Source: an uncultured archaeon
GTDB lineage: Archaea > Asgardarchaeota > Lokiarchaeia > Sigyniarchaeales > Promethearchaeaceae
Direction of reading: 5' to 3'
DNA length: 14,400 bases
Assembly: GCA_964426185.1 (NCBI GenBank)
Contig: CAYRPF010000039.1
Location: 1 to 14,400, forward strand
Part shown: one piece after another, positions 6,953 through 14,400 of the stretch
How the letters are laid out: the number at the start of each line of letters is the position of its first letter
Numbering within the stretch: position 1 is the stretch's first letter
Made by a program: the position numbers and the translations under genes
The notes under the pieces: model-generated
What the model was told of the DNA's origin: nothing
Seen by the model: the letters and a program-made list of their open reading frames with translations, nothing else
The model's database searches: none

Positions 6953-7849
6953 TTATATATTTAAGGGTTTACCTGCGAAGTCTCTATGAATTCGCCCAAA
7001 GTCAGTGCACGGCTGCAGTTGTTCGGCTGTAAAGACTGGCCCATCCCTGCAGACTAATAAACCGGTGGGATCTAGGGCACATAATCCACAAATCCCAAAA
7101 CCACACCGCATCATTCGTTCAAGGCTAACTTGAACTGGAATTTTATAATTTATTCCAAGATCAACAATTTTTTTCAACATCAATTCGGGTCCGCAAGCAT
7201 AAATTGTGATGGGAGAAACTTGGGGTTTTCCATCTTTCAACCCCAAATCGTTCAATAATACCTCTTTGAGTTTTTCTGTGGTAAAACCATGAAATCCACG
7301 AGATCCATCATCGGTGCAGAGATGTATATCAACTTTTTGTGGTAAAATCTTGCTAATTGCATCTTCAAAAAGTAACTCTTCTGCGGTTCTTGCCCCAATA
7401 ATACAGATAATTTTGCTATTTGTTTCTTTTCCACTTTTGAAAATATCATGAAAAGCATAAAATATGGACAAAACTGATGCCATTCCAATTCCACCCCCAA
7501 CAATCACGGCGGTGCCAGGATTCACTTCATATCCATTACCGTAAGGTCCGCGAATTCCGATAATATCTCCTATTTGAAGTTGAAAAAGTCGTATTGTAGC
7601 ATCCCCAACTTTAGCAACTGAAATGGCAATTCGGCCATCTTCAAAATAACGAGCTACTGACATAGGAATTTCATCCAATCCTGGAATCCAAACCATCACG
7701 AATTGTCCAGGTTTATAGTGAATTTTCTCTGGAATTGGATTATACATTACAATAAAAGTTTTTACTGTGGGTGATTCTGATTGAATATCCAATATCGGCG
7801 TGGAAAAGGGTTTATTCAACCGATAATCTTTGTTGGGCGTTATGGGCAT
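6953..7849 (-). CDS. pyrK: Dihydroorotate dehydrogenase electron transfer subunit (FAD, 2Fe-2S)
   Basis: PGQFVMVWIPG.DEIPMS, IRGPYGNG, VGGGIG, TDDGS.G, YACGPE.M and ERMMRCGFGICGLC...VCRDGPVF. The likely start is ATG 7849 (MPITPNK), overlapping the end of pyrD by 10 bp (298 aa). Confidence 0.93.
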   Translation of the reverse strand: MPITPNKDYRLNKPFSTPILDIQSESPTVKTFIVMYNPIPEKIHYKPGQFVMVWIPGLDEIPMSVARYFEDGRIAISVAKVGDATIRLFQLQIGDIIGIRGPYGNGYEVNPGTAVIVGGGIGMASVLSIFYAFHDIFKSGKETNSKIICIIGARTAEELLFEDAISKILPQKVDIHLCTDDGSRGFHGFTTEKLKEVLLNDLGLKDGKPQVSPITIYACGPELMLKKIVDLGINYKIPVQVSLERMMRCGFGICGLCALDPTGLLVCRDGPVFTAEQLQPCTDFGRIHRDFAGKPLNI

Positions 7850-8787
7850 TCTTTTGGTTTCACCTCGAGTTCGGATGTGTAGTTGTGGGCATTTCCTCTT
7901 AAATCTGAGAGATGGAAAACATTTTTGGATTGTAAAAATTGCAATAAACCATTTTTTATTTCTGAAATAATTTGATCTCCCATAAAGAAAGCAGATCCAA
8001 TTTGTACGGCAGTAGCTCCTGCATAAATATATTCTAAAACATCTTTCCACTCAAAAATACCTCCAACACCGATTAAGGGAATTGATATATGAGAATAAAG
8101 CTCGTAAATCACTCTAACACCAATTGATTTAATGGCTTTACCTGAAACGCCCCCTATGCCGTGGGAAAGTAAAGGTCTGCCAGTTTGATAATCTAAAGCT
8201 AAACCACGTAAAGTATTTATTGCAACAAGAGCGTCAGCACCCGCATTTTCTGCTGCTTTGGCAATTGGTACAACATTTGCGATATTGGGTGTTAATTTTG
8301 CAAATATCGGAATAGAAACGGACTTTTTTACGGCTTTGGTAAACTCAATTGTTAATTCTTCGGAAAGCGCAATTGAAGCTACTTCTGCGTGAGGACATGA
8401 AATATTAATCTCGACTGCATCAGCTCCGGCCTCTTCTGCTTTTTTCGCAGTTTCAGCATATCCTTCCGGACCGTCTCCAAAAACGCTGACAACTATTGGG
8501 ATTCTGGTTTTTTGTTTATATTCTTGAATTTCTTGCACCATTTGATCAATTCCAGGGTTCGCCAATCCAACCGAATTAAGAAAAGTTCCTTCCCCAATTT
8601 CAATAATACTGGGATTGCTATAACCTGGTCGAACACGAGGACCAACTGTTTTTGTGGTAATACCTCCTATTCCAGCATCGGCTAAGCGAAGCATTGAACC
8701 CGGAGTAACTCCCAAAATACCGGAGGCCAATAAAATTGGATTTGGAAAATGAATTCCGGCAATTTGACAAGATAAGGGATTATTCAT
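7840..8787 (-). CDS. pyrD: Dihydroorotate dehydrogenase family 1B catalytic subunit
   Basis: 315 aa with NPILLASG, TTKT, NSVGLANPG, EINISCPH (catalytic Cys), KLTPN, INT, GGVSG and IGVGGI; adjacent to pyrK. Confidence 0.95.
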   Translation of the reverse strand: MNNPLSCQIAGIHFPNPILLASGILGVTPGSMLRLADAGIGGITTKTVGPRVRPGYSNPSIIEIGEGTFLNSVGLANPGIDQMVQEIQEYKQKTRIPIVVSVFGDGPEGYAETAKKAEEAGADAVEINISCPHAEVASIALSEELTIEFTKAVKKSVSIPIFAKLTPNIANVVPIAKAAENAGADALVAINTLRGLALDYQTGRPLLSHGIGGVSGKAIKSIGVRVIYELYSHISIPLIGVGGIFEWKDVLEYIYAGATAVQIGSAFFMGDQIISEIKNGLLQFLQSKNVFHLSDLRGNAHNYTSELEVKPKECP

Positions 8788-8886
8788 TTCATTTAAAAAA
8801 AAGTTTATCGGACTAAAAAGTTTGGGATTTTAAGTAAGAAAAAACAAAAATTTTTTGCTCTGCCATTACAATTATAATAGACTGCG

Positions 8887-10164
8887 ATGAGAGCCCTTTT
8901 AATTCCTACCGTATATGGAATAATTGCCTTCGATAACAAAAATTCGCCCATAACTTACGCATTTGATCAATTATCTATTACCGAATTAGCGAACCAATAC
9001 AAATCATTATTTGATGGCATTTTAACTAAAGAACTTAGCCAATTTCTGGATGAATTGCAGAAACTTGGTATAAATGAAATAATCATAGAACATCCAGAAT
9101 TGAAAACTGCTATCGATAAAGCTAATTCATTGTCTACGGTGGTGGTCACCGATGATGTTCGATTTCGCAAAATATATGAAAGTTTACGAACAGTTTTCCA
9201 AGAAATTCATCTATCTACTACTTCAAAAAAGTTAAAAGAGCGAACGAAGATACTTTCCGAATTTGTTATCCGGAACCAAATTTCTCAAACCGCAACCCAA
9301 AAAGATTTCTTGGTAAAGCAAGCAGTCGATACAATCATTGAATTGGATAAATCAGTCAATTTTCTCTCAACTCGTCTAAGGGAATGGTATGGGCTTCACT
9401 TTCCTGAATTAACAGATAAGTTAATTGAAGATAATCATAAATTTGCCCTTTTCGTTTCAAAAATCGGAAATCGGGATAGTTGCACTTCAGCAAACTTAGA
9501 AAAAGTATTAAAAGCCCCACCGTCATATATTGAAGAATTTGAATTGAAAGCTAAACGTTCTATGGGGGGAGATCTAAGGGAAATTGATTTCAAACCGATC
9601 AAACAATTGGCAGATCACATACTCTCGCTTTCTGAATACCGGAAAGAAGTTGAAAATTACCTTACATCCACTTTAGATGAAGTAGCACCCAATTTGAAGG
9701 CGGTATTGGGAGCACAAATCACCGGAAAATTGATTGCAGCAGCTGGAAGCTTAGAACATTTAGCTCATATGTCTTCCAGCACATTACAAATGCTTGGTGC
9801 GGAGAAGGCACTTTTTAAGGCAATGAGATCAGGAGGTAAAACCCCAAAATATGGTTTAATCTTTCAATGGAACAAAATCCGAACAGAAAAATCCCATTTA
9901 CGCGGGAAAGTGGCACGAATGGTGGCAGGTAAGGTAAGCATTTTAGCAAAAGTAGATTACTATCATGGTGAATTTATTGGGGATTCAATTAAAGCGCAAA
10001 TTGATAAAAAAATACAGCTCCTACAGAAGCAATTTCCGCGAGCGCCAAAGAAGAAAAAAGGATCGCTTCCTAAGAAGAAATCTTCACATTATAAAAAAAA
10101 ATATCAAGGTCAAAGAAAAAGAACCTATTCAAAAACTCATAAACAAAAAAGGAGGAGATCTTAA
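8887..10164 (+). CDS. nop5: C/D box sRNP protein Nop5 (Nop56/58 homolog)
   Basis: 425 aa with RLREWYGLHFPEL, APNL...G, LQMLGAEKALF, TPKYGLIF, RGKVAR and a Lys/Arg-rich C-terminal tail; coupled to fibrillarin. Confidence 0.96.
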   Translation: MRALLIPTVYGIIAFDNKNSPITYAFDQLSITELANQYKSLFDGILTKELSQFLDELQKLGINEIIIEHPELKTAIDKANSLSTVVVTDDVRFRKIYESLRTVFQEIHLSTTSKKLKERTKILSEFVIRNQISQTATQKDFLVKQAVDTIIELDKSVNFLSTRLREWYGLHFPELTDKLIEDNHKFALFVSKIGNRDSCTSANLEKVLKAPPSYIEEFELKAKRSMGGDLREIDFKPIKQLADHILSLSEYRKEVENYLTSTLDEVAPNLKAVLGAQITGKLIAAAGSLEHLAHMSSSTLQMLGAEKALFKAMRSGGKTPKYGLIFQWNKIRTEKSHLRGKVARMVAGKVSILAKVDYYHGEFIGDSIKAQIDKKIQLLQKQFPRAPKKKKGSLPKKKSSHYKKKYQGQRKRTYSKTHKQKRRRS

Positions 10165-10874
10165 TGGCAGCAATTAGACGACATCCAAAATTTGATGGTG
10201 TATACATAAGCGGTCCAAATGACAACTTCCGATTATTCACTCAGAATTTAGATTTAAACAGAACTATTTACGGTGAAAAACTAATAGAAGAAAAAGGTGT
10301 TCAATATCGCGAATGGAATCCATATCGTTCAAAATTAGGTGCCAGCATTCGAGCAAATGCCCGAAAAATTTTTATTGACCGAAATTCTCGCTTATTATAC
10401 TTAGGCGCTTCAAGCGGAACTACTGTTAGTCATTGTTCTGATATTTTAAGTCAAGGGATTGTTTATGCTGTTGAATTTTCCCCTCGATCTTTGCGAGAAT
10501 TAGTTCAGAATTGTGCCGATCGACCTAATGTTATTCCTATTTTGGCTGACGCAAATCACCCATATGAATATGCCCCATATATTTCAGATAGAATTGATGT
10601 AATTTTTCAAGATATTGCTCAACCTAATCAGACAGAAATTCTGATAAAAAATGTCTATCGTTATTTAGAACCGCAAAAGGGGAAATTCATATATACAATT
10701 AAACCAAGGAGTATTGATACAACTGCAAATCCGACCGAGATTTTTGAAGGGGAAATTCGAAAATTGGAAGCAGCAGGTATGCAAATCATGGATAATGTTT
10801 CAATTGACAGATATCAAACAGATCATATTGTGTTATTTGGTCGATATCTCAATCCCCCAAAAAGCGAAAGTTAG
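10164..10874 (+). CDS. flpA: Fibrillarin-like rRNA/tRNA 2'-O-methyltransferase
   Basis: 236 aa with IYGEK, YREWNPYRSKL, LYLGASSGTTVSH, YAVEFS, NVIPILADA and DIAQPNQ. TAATG stop/start overlap with nop5 and a GGAGG SD at 10151-10155. Confidence 0.96.
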   Translation: MAAIRRHPKFDGVYISGPNDNFRLFTQNLDLNRTIYGEKLIEEKGVQYREWNPYRSKLGASIRANARKIFIDRNSRLLYLGASSGTTVSHCSDILSQGIVYAVEFSPRSLRELVQNCADRPNVIPILADANHPYEYAPYISDRIDVIFQDIAQPNQTEILIKNVYRYLEPQKGKFIYTIKPRSIDTTANPTEIFEGEIRKLEAAGMQIMDNVSIDRYQTDHIVLFGRYLNPPKSES

Positions 10875-11551
10875 GTAAAATCAGATAATTTTTTTTGAGT
10901 TCGTTCTAAGTTAACTTTTTTTTGGATATCTTCTGCGGTTTTCCACCAAGTTCGCACGATCGGAGGGAATTTTAAATGAGTTTTATAATATTTGTAAAGA
11001 AATCTCTGGGTTGTCGGATCACTTGGATACCCTGAACCAATTTCACCATAAATTTCCTTATATCTTTGGATTTCAAGGTCTCGAGCAGTTTTTGCTAAAA
11101 TAGAGCCAGCACCAACAATCCTAAATATAGAGTCTCCATGGTGTTTTGATACCACCTTTTTGGGCTTAAACGACAGCATGGAACCAATAGTTTGACCAAA
11201 GCGATCTTCTTTTGTATCACATGCATCTAAAAAGATTTTATCTGGATGAGGCTTGAGAGAATTTAAGACTTCGGCAAAGAATCTTTCTTCCATTTGATTT
11301 AGAGTAAGATGGTTTTGATAATGCAGTTTATTTATTTGTTCGGGTGTTAAAATATAAATTTCAAAGTTATCGCAAGTTTCTTTAATCTTTTCTGCTATAA
11401 TTTCCCTTTTTCTCGGAGATAAGGTTTTAGAGTCATCTACGCCGATTTGATCTAAGTAGTGAATTTTTTCTTCTGAATAAACTACACATCCGATGACTAA
11501 GGGGCCAATAACTGGACCTCTACCTGCTTCATCAACACCGGCAATTCTCAT
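10871..11551 (-). CDS. rnhB: Ribonuclease HII with C-terminal PIP box
   Basis: From ATG 11551: GVDEAGRGPVIGPL, DDSK.L, LDA, GSILAK..RD, GSGYPSDP and C-terminal QKKLSDF (PCNA-interacting motif). Converges on fibrillarin with a 4-bp overlap. Confidence 0.95.
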   Translation of the reverse strand: MRIAGVDEAGRGPVIGPLVIGCVVYSEEKIHYLDQIGVDDSKTLSPRKREIIAEKIKETCDNFEIYILTPEQINKLHYQNHLTLNQMEERFFAEVLNSLKPHPDKIFLDACDTKEDRFGQTIGSMLSFKPKKVVSKHHGDSIFRIVGAGSILAKTARDLEIQRYKEIYGEIGSGYPSDPTTQRFLYKYYKTHLKFPPIVRTWWKTAEDIQKKVNLERTQKKLSDFT

Positions 11552-11588
11552 ATTATTCAAAATAGTAAGCAGCAAAAATGTTAAATAA

Positions 11589-12614
11589 TTATCGATAAAC
11601 CCTTTTTTTTATTTTTTTATGAAATTGTTCAGGATTCTCTAATTCTCGCAGTTCTTTTGGAAAAATATAAGGAATGCGGTATTCTTTAATCTGATCGATA
11701 TCTAGAAGTTCATCGTTAACAATAATGACACCATCAGCTTGAAGAACTGAAATATTAGGAAAGAATCGACTTTTAAATTCCAATATGGCTTTATCTTCAT
11801 TAGGGTCTATTTTAGTCCCACCCACAAGTTTATAGTCAATCGGAGTATTTTCTTCTTCGGGTTCATCATAGATAAATAGATCATAAGGAGATGTACGCGT
11901 CCAGTAAACTTTCAATCCTGTATCTGATACAATTTCATTGATTTCTTTCATAAACTCTTGGGTTTTTTTTGTAATTCGACGCTGTAAATTTTCTTTTAAC
12001 TTAAATGACGAAATGGTATCTTGCAAGATATCGAAAAAATCTAACGGTAAAACTACCGATTCACCTAAAATATTTTTTAATTTTTCAGCATGTTCATGAG
12101 AAGCACGCATTCTACCTTTTTCATACGATCCGATCGCTTTTGATGATAAATCCATTTGTTCTGCTAGTTTTTTTTGAGTTATCTGTTTATCGGAACGCAA
12201 ACGAACAATTTTATCCCCATCTATATTATAGAAAAAACCCCCTTTTTTGGCAATTGCCATTGGAAGTATTGGATTTTGGATTACTTGGGTAAAAGTGGGT
12301 AAATTGACAGAGATAAGGTTGTCCCTTAAGTAAATAATGCCGTCGATAAGATTGTTTCGACGGTTTTTTACTCCAATTAGTAATGGCAGTGCATGAATAA
12401 GATGACTTACGATTTTTAATTCATTTAAATAATAACTTCGTATATTGTCGATGTTTTCTACAATTTTAATAACTAAACTGGGTGTTTTTCCAGAAATATG
12501 CCGAGCTATAAGTTCAAAACATAAATCCAACTTTTCGGGATATTCTATAACATGGTAATTTGAATTTATCAACACTTGAACTGTATGTACGACGATTTCC
12601 TCACAAAAACTCAT
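11589..12614 (-). CDS. Archaeal XRE/Cro-C1 HTH transcriptional regulator (COG1395-like)
   Basis: CFELIAR...IKIVENID, PLLIG, DGIIYLR, GGFFYNIDG, followed by the XRE HTH ITQKKLAEQMDLSSKAIGSYEKG and a later PYDL motif. Start moved to ATG 12614 because an AGGTG SD overlaps the ORF-track GTG. Confidence 0.82.
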   Translation of the reverse strand: MSFCEEIVVHTVQVLINSNYHVIEYPEKLDLCFELIARHISGKTPSLVIKIVENIDNIRSYYLNELKIVSHLIHALPLLIGVKNRRNNLIDGIIYLRDNLISVNLPTFTQVIQNPILPMAIAKKGGFFYNIDGDKIVRLRSDKQITQKKLAEQMDLSSKAIGSYEKGRMRASHEHAEKLKNILGESVVLPLDFFDILQDTISSFKLKENLQRRITKKTQEFMKEINEIVSDTGLKVYWTRTSPYDLFIYDEPEEENTPIDYKLVGGTKIDPNEDKAILEFKSRFFPNISVLQADGVIIVNDELLDIDQIKEYRIPYIFPKELRELENPEQFHKKIKKRVYR

Positions 12615-12649
12615 TATCAACACCTGATACCATAATAATATGCTACTAT

Positions 12650-12658
12650 AATATAAAA
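12650..12658 (-). promoter_or_regulatory. TATA-like box (TTTTATATT) upstream of the HTH regulator
   Basis: About 35 nt upstream of ATG 12614, within a sequence nearly identical to the elp3 upstream element. Confidence 0.45.
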
Positions 12659-12700
12659 GTAAATTTCAGAATAAAAAAATTCGTTAAAAATTGTCATAAA

Positions 12701-13567
12701 TTACCGATGAATCTTAGCGAGATCAATTCCATAATCATAATTCACAAAAACTTGGGCCATTTTTAATCCTTTTTCAGTAAAATAAAGGTGTTTGTGTTTT
12801 CCTACTTTCTTTACTTTGATAAAACCCCAGTTTTTTTCCAATTTATCTACAATACTACGGCTCAACTGCATGTATTGGCTTGAATTTTCTTTACGTGGTT
12901 CTTCATTTCTCTTAACTTTCATAATTTTATAAATTTCGTATACATAATGGAACAATTCTCTCAATTCTACAAAATCTTGGATGTGTCCAAACTTGTCTGG
13001 CATTTGTTTCAATTTATAGAGTATTTGAATACTTTGAATCAAATGTGTTTTTGGGTGTTTAAATTCAAATTTTGGTGGTTTTGCTACTTTTATCGTGCCT
13101 TGGTGCATAGCTTCAGCTGCTGGATTATAATCATCACTGTAGGGATAAATTATTTGGGTATTTTCCCACAAGCGGTGGGCATCCATATTTGCGATAGCCA
13201 CCATTTTACTTCCTGTACCAAGATTTATCTTGAAAATTACTTCATGATCTGGATGAGATTTCTTTTCATTACTGAATATTTGAGCTAAATTGGCGATTAA
13301 TTCATAATAATCTAAATAATTGACTCCAATCTCATGTAATTCGCAATTAGGGAGTTTTTCTTTAATGTATTTAATATTATCTTGTTTATGCGTAAGATTG
13401 ATGTCTAACCTTTTTCCATCATCAAAAAACATATAGTACACTGCATCCGGTCGCTGCCGAATAATTGGATCTGTAATACGATGATGCTCTCGGCTATTAT
13501 AAGTTATATGAACTTTCCAATGTGGAGGATTTTTTTTTTTGAGGGGTTTTTTACTCACAAGAACCAC
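12701..13567 (-). CDS. CARF-like Rossmann + winged-HTH regulator (DUF6293 / HFX_2341-like)
   Basis: 288 aa. N-terminal KVHI....EHHRI.DP.....PDAVYY and INLGTGSKMVAIA are typical of this family. The C-terminal SQYMQLSRSIVDKLEKNWGFIKVKKVGKHKHLYFTEKG is a wHTH wing. The GTG start is uncertain (alternative in-frame GTG at 13558). Confidence 0.78.
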   Translation of the reverse strand: MVLVSKKPLKKKNPPHWKVHITYNSREHHRITDPIIRQRPDAVYYMFFDDGKRLDINLTHKQDNIKYIKEKLPNCELHEIGVNYLDYYELIANLAQIFSNEKKSHPDHEVIFKINLGTGSKMVAIANMDAHRLWENTQIIYPYSDDYNPAAEAMHQGTIKVAKPPKFEFKHPKTHLIQSIQILYKLKQMPDKFGHIQDFVELRELFHYVYEIYKIMKVKRNEEPRKENSSQYMQLSRSIVDKLEKNWGFIKVKKVGKHKHLYFTEKGLKMAQVFVNYDYGIDLAKIHR

Positions 13568-13615
13568 TTCGTTCTCTTTAATTACATACTTCTTATTGTC
13601 GAACTTAAAATTTTC

Positions 13616-14392
13616 TTAAAATTTCCATGATGATAGTTTTAATCCAGGAAAAAAATTTTGATTAGATTGTTGAGAAACAAATTGGATGATGAGAGAAGAA
13701 GGAAAATAATTTTTAGCTAAGTTACAAATGTCTGCTTCGTTATCAATTAATCCAACAACATGATCTCGCGAATTAGAAGCCAATTCTTGGAAGAAAAATT
13801 GTTTGAAGATAAGATCTGTTTGAGCAAAATGCTTTTTCAAGATCAAATCAAAGGAAATTTGGGTTAATTGCGGAATATGTGTGAGTAAAAAATCTTTCGT
13901 CATCTTCTCCATAGTATCTTTATATCTACCAGTCAAAAATTGCAAATGAAAAGAATGGAAGTCCGCCCATCGAATGAAATCATCCACTCCTGGATAGATT
14001 TTATCATACACCAAATACTTAGGAGATAAAAATTCTCTAAGAAAAATTTGTTGAATTTCTTTAAATTTTTCTTTATTTGAGATAAGAGGAGATAATAATG
14101 AAAGAATTGAATAAGGTCGGAGTGGATTTAGCCATTTTTTCCGAATATTTTCCCTTTTTAGTGAAGGTATGATGGTTTCTATGTGGTTTTGGTAAATTTT
14201 ATATTGCCGATGATGATTATCAATTAGGGTGCCATCTAGATCAAGAATCAATAGTGATTTTTCACAGGATGAAATAGTTTTTTTTATTTGCAAATAATTT
14301 GATAATAATTGAGTTTGAAGGGATTGCAAACTAATTTTAGTGGTCTTGAAGGTTTTTTGTCGATGATATATTCCATTTTCCATATATTCCAT
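13616..14392 (-). CDS. HAD-superfamily phosphatase, PNKP 3'-phosphatase-like motif pattern; start uncertain
   Basis: Motif I LDLDGTLIDN, motif II FLTGR, 'T..FL...LIL.....D..FK' and motif IV LIDNE. The called ATG lies inside a tandem repeat, so the true start may be downstream. Confidence 0.72.
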   Translation of the reverse strand: MEYMENGIYHRQKTFKTTKISLQSLQTQLLSNYLQIKKTISSCEKSLLILDLDGTLIDNHHRQYKIYQNHIETIIPSLKRENIRKKWLNPLRPYSILSLLSPLISNKEKFKEIQQIFLREFLSPKYLVYDKIYPGVDDFIRWADFHSFHLQFLTGRYKDTMEKMTKDFLLTHIPQLTQISFDLILKKHFAQTDLIFKQFFFQELASNSRDHVVGLIDNEADICNLAKNYFPSSLIIQFVSQQSNQNFFPGLKLSSWKF

Positions 14393-14400
14393 TTTCCATA
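14366..14400. repeat. Perfect 16-bp tandem direct repeat (ATATATTCCATTTTCC)n, truncated by the window end
   Basis: Copies at 14366-14381 and 14382-14397, plus ATA at 14398-14400 matching the start of a third. Confidence 0.85.

Noticed and set aside
7850-8050. Cys/Arg-rich 67-aa N-terminal extension of PyrK in the ORF track
   Set aside because: It overlaps pyrD in another frame from a non-ATG start; PyrK similarity begins after ATG 7849.
10040-10164. Lys/Arg-rich Nop5 tail as a eukaryote-like nucleolar signal
   Set aside because: Basic C-terminal tails are common in archaeal Nop5 proteins.
3644-13288. Remaining short ORFs (3644-3856, 4531-4713, 4680-4895, 4870-5097, 6484-6705, 7252-7503, 8967-9170, 9965-10177, 12005-12292, 12560-12766, 12947-13288)
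   Set aside because: They overlap well-supported genes in antisense or alternate frames and have no recognisable motifs.
14366-14400. Tandem repeat as a CRISPR array linked to the CARF gene
   Set aside because: The unit is only 16 bp, copies are contiguous with no spacers, and no cas genes are in the window.
1-14400. Selenoprotein readthrough/SECIS, tRNA, rRNA, IS elements, inteins
   Set aside because: No gene needs TGA readthrough to complete its domain, and I recognised no cloverleaf, transposase or intein motifs by eye. tRNAscan-SE and Infernal would be needed to exclude small RNAs.

Overview
AT-rich archaeal chromosomal window, most consistent with an Asgard archaeon (Lokiarchaeia-like). 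That assignment is inferred from a Roadblock/LC7-like domain fused to a Rab-like small GTPase alongside archaeal core genes. Gene order: a partial atypical SDR oxidoreductase and a thiolase (minus strand); an unannotated, internally deleted acyl-CoA synthetase pseudogene relic; a Gph-like HAD phosphatase; the Roadblock-GTPase fusion; elp3; a class I SAM methyltransferase; pyrK and pyrD; divergent nop5 and fibrillarin; convergent rnhB with a PIP box; a COG1395-type HTH regulator; a stand-alone CARF-like/wHTH (DUF6293/HFX_2341-like) regulator; and a PNKP-phosphatase-like HAD protein whose 5' end lies in a 16-bp tandem repeat cut by the window edge. I saw no rRNA, tRNA, CRISPR array or mobile element. 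Most genes are housekeeping, and no new system is demonstrated by the sequence alone. The best leads are the Roadblock-Rab fusion (possible internal start), the CRISPR-less CARF regulator beside RNA end-processing genes, the elp3/methyltransferase pair with a diverged Elp3 motif, and the hidden ligase relic. All family calls come from reading motifs by eye, not from database searches.
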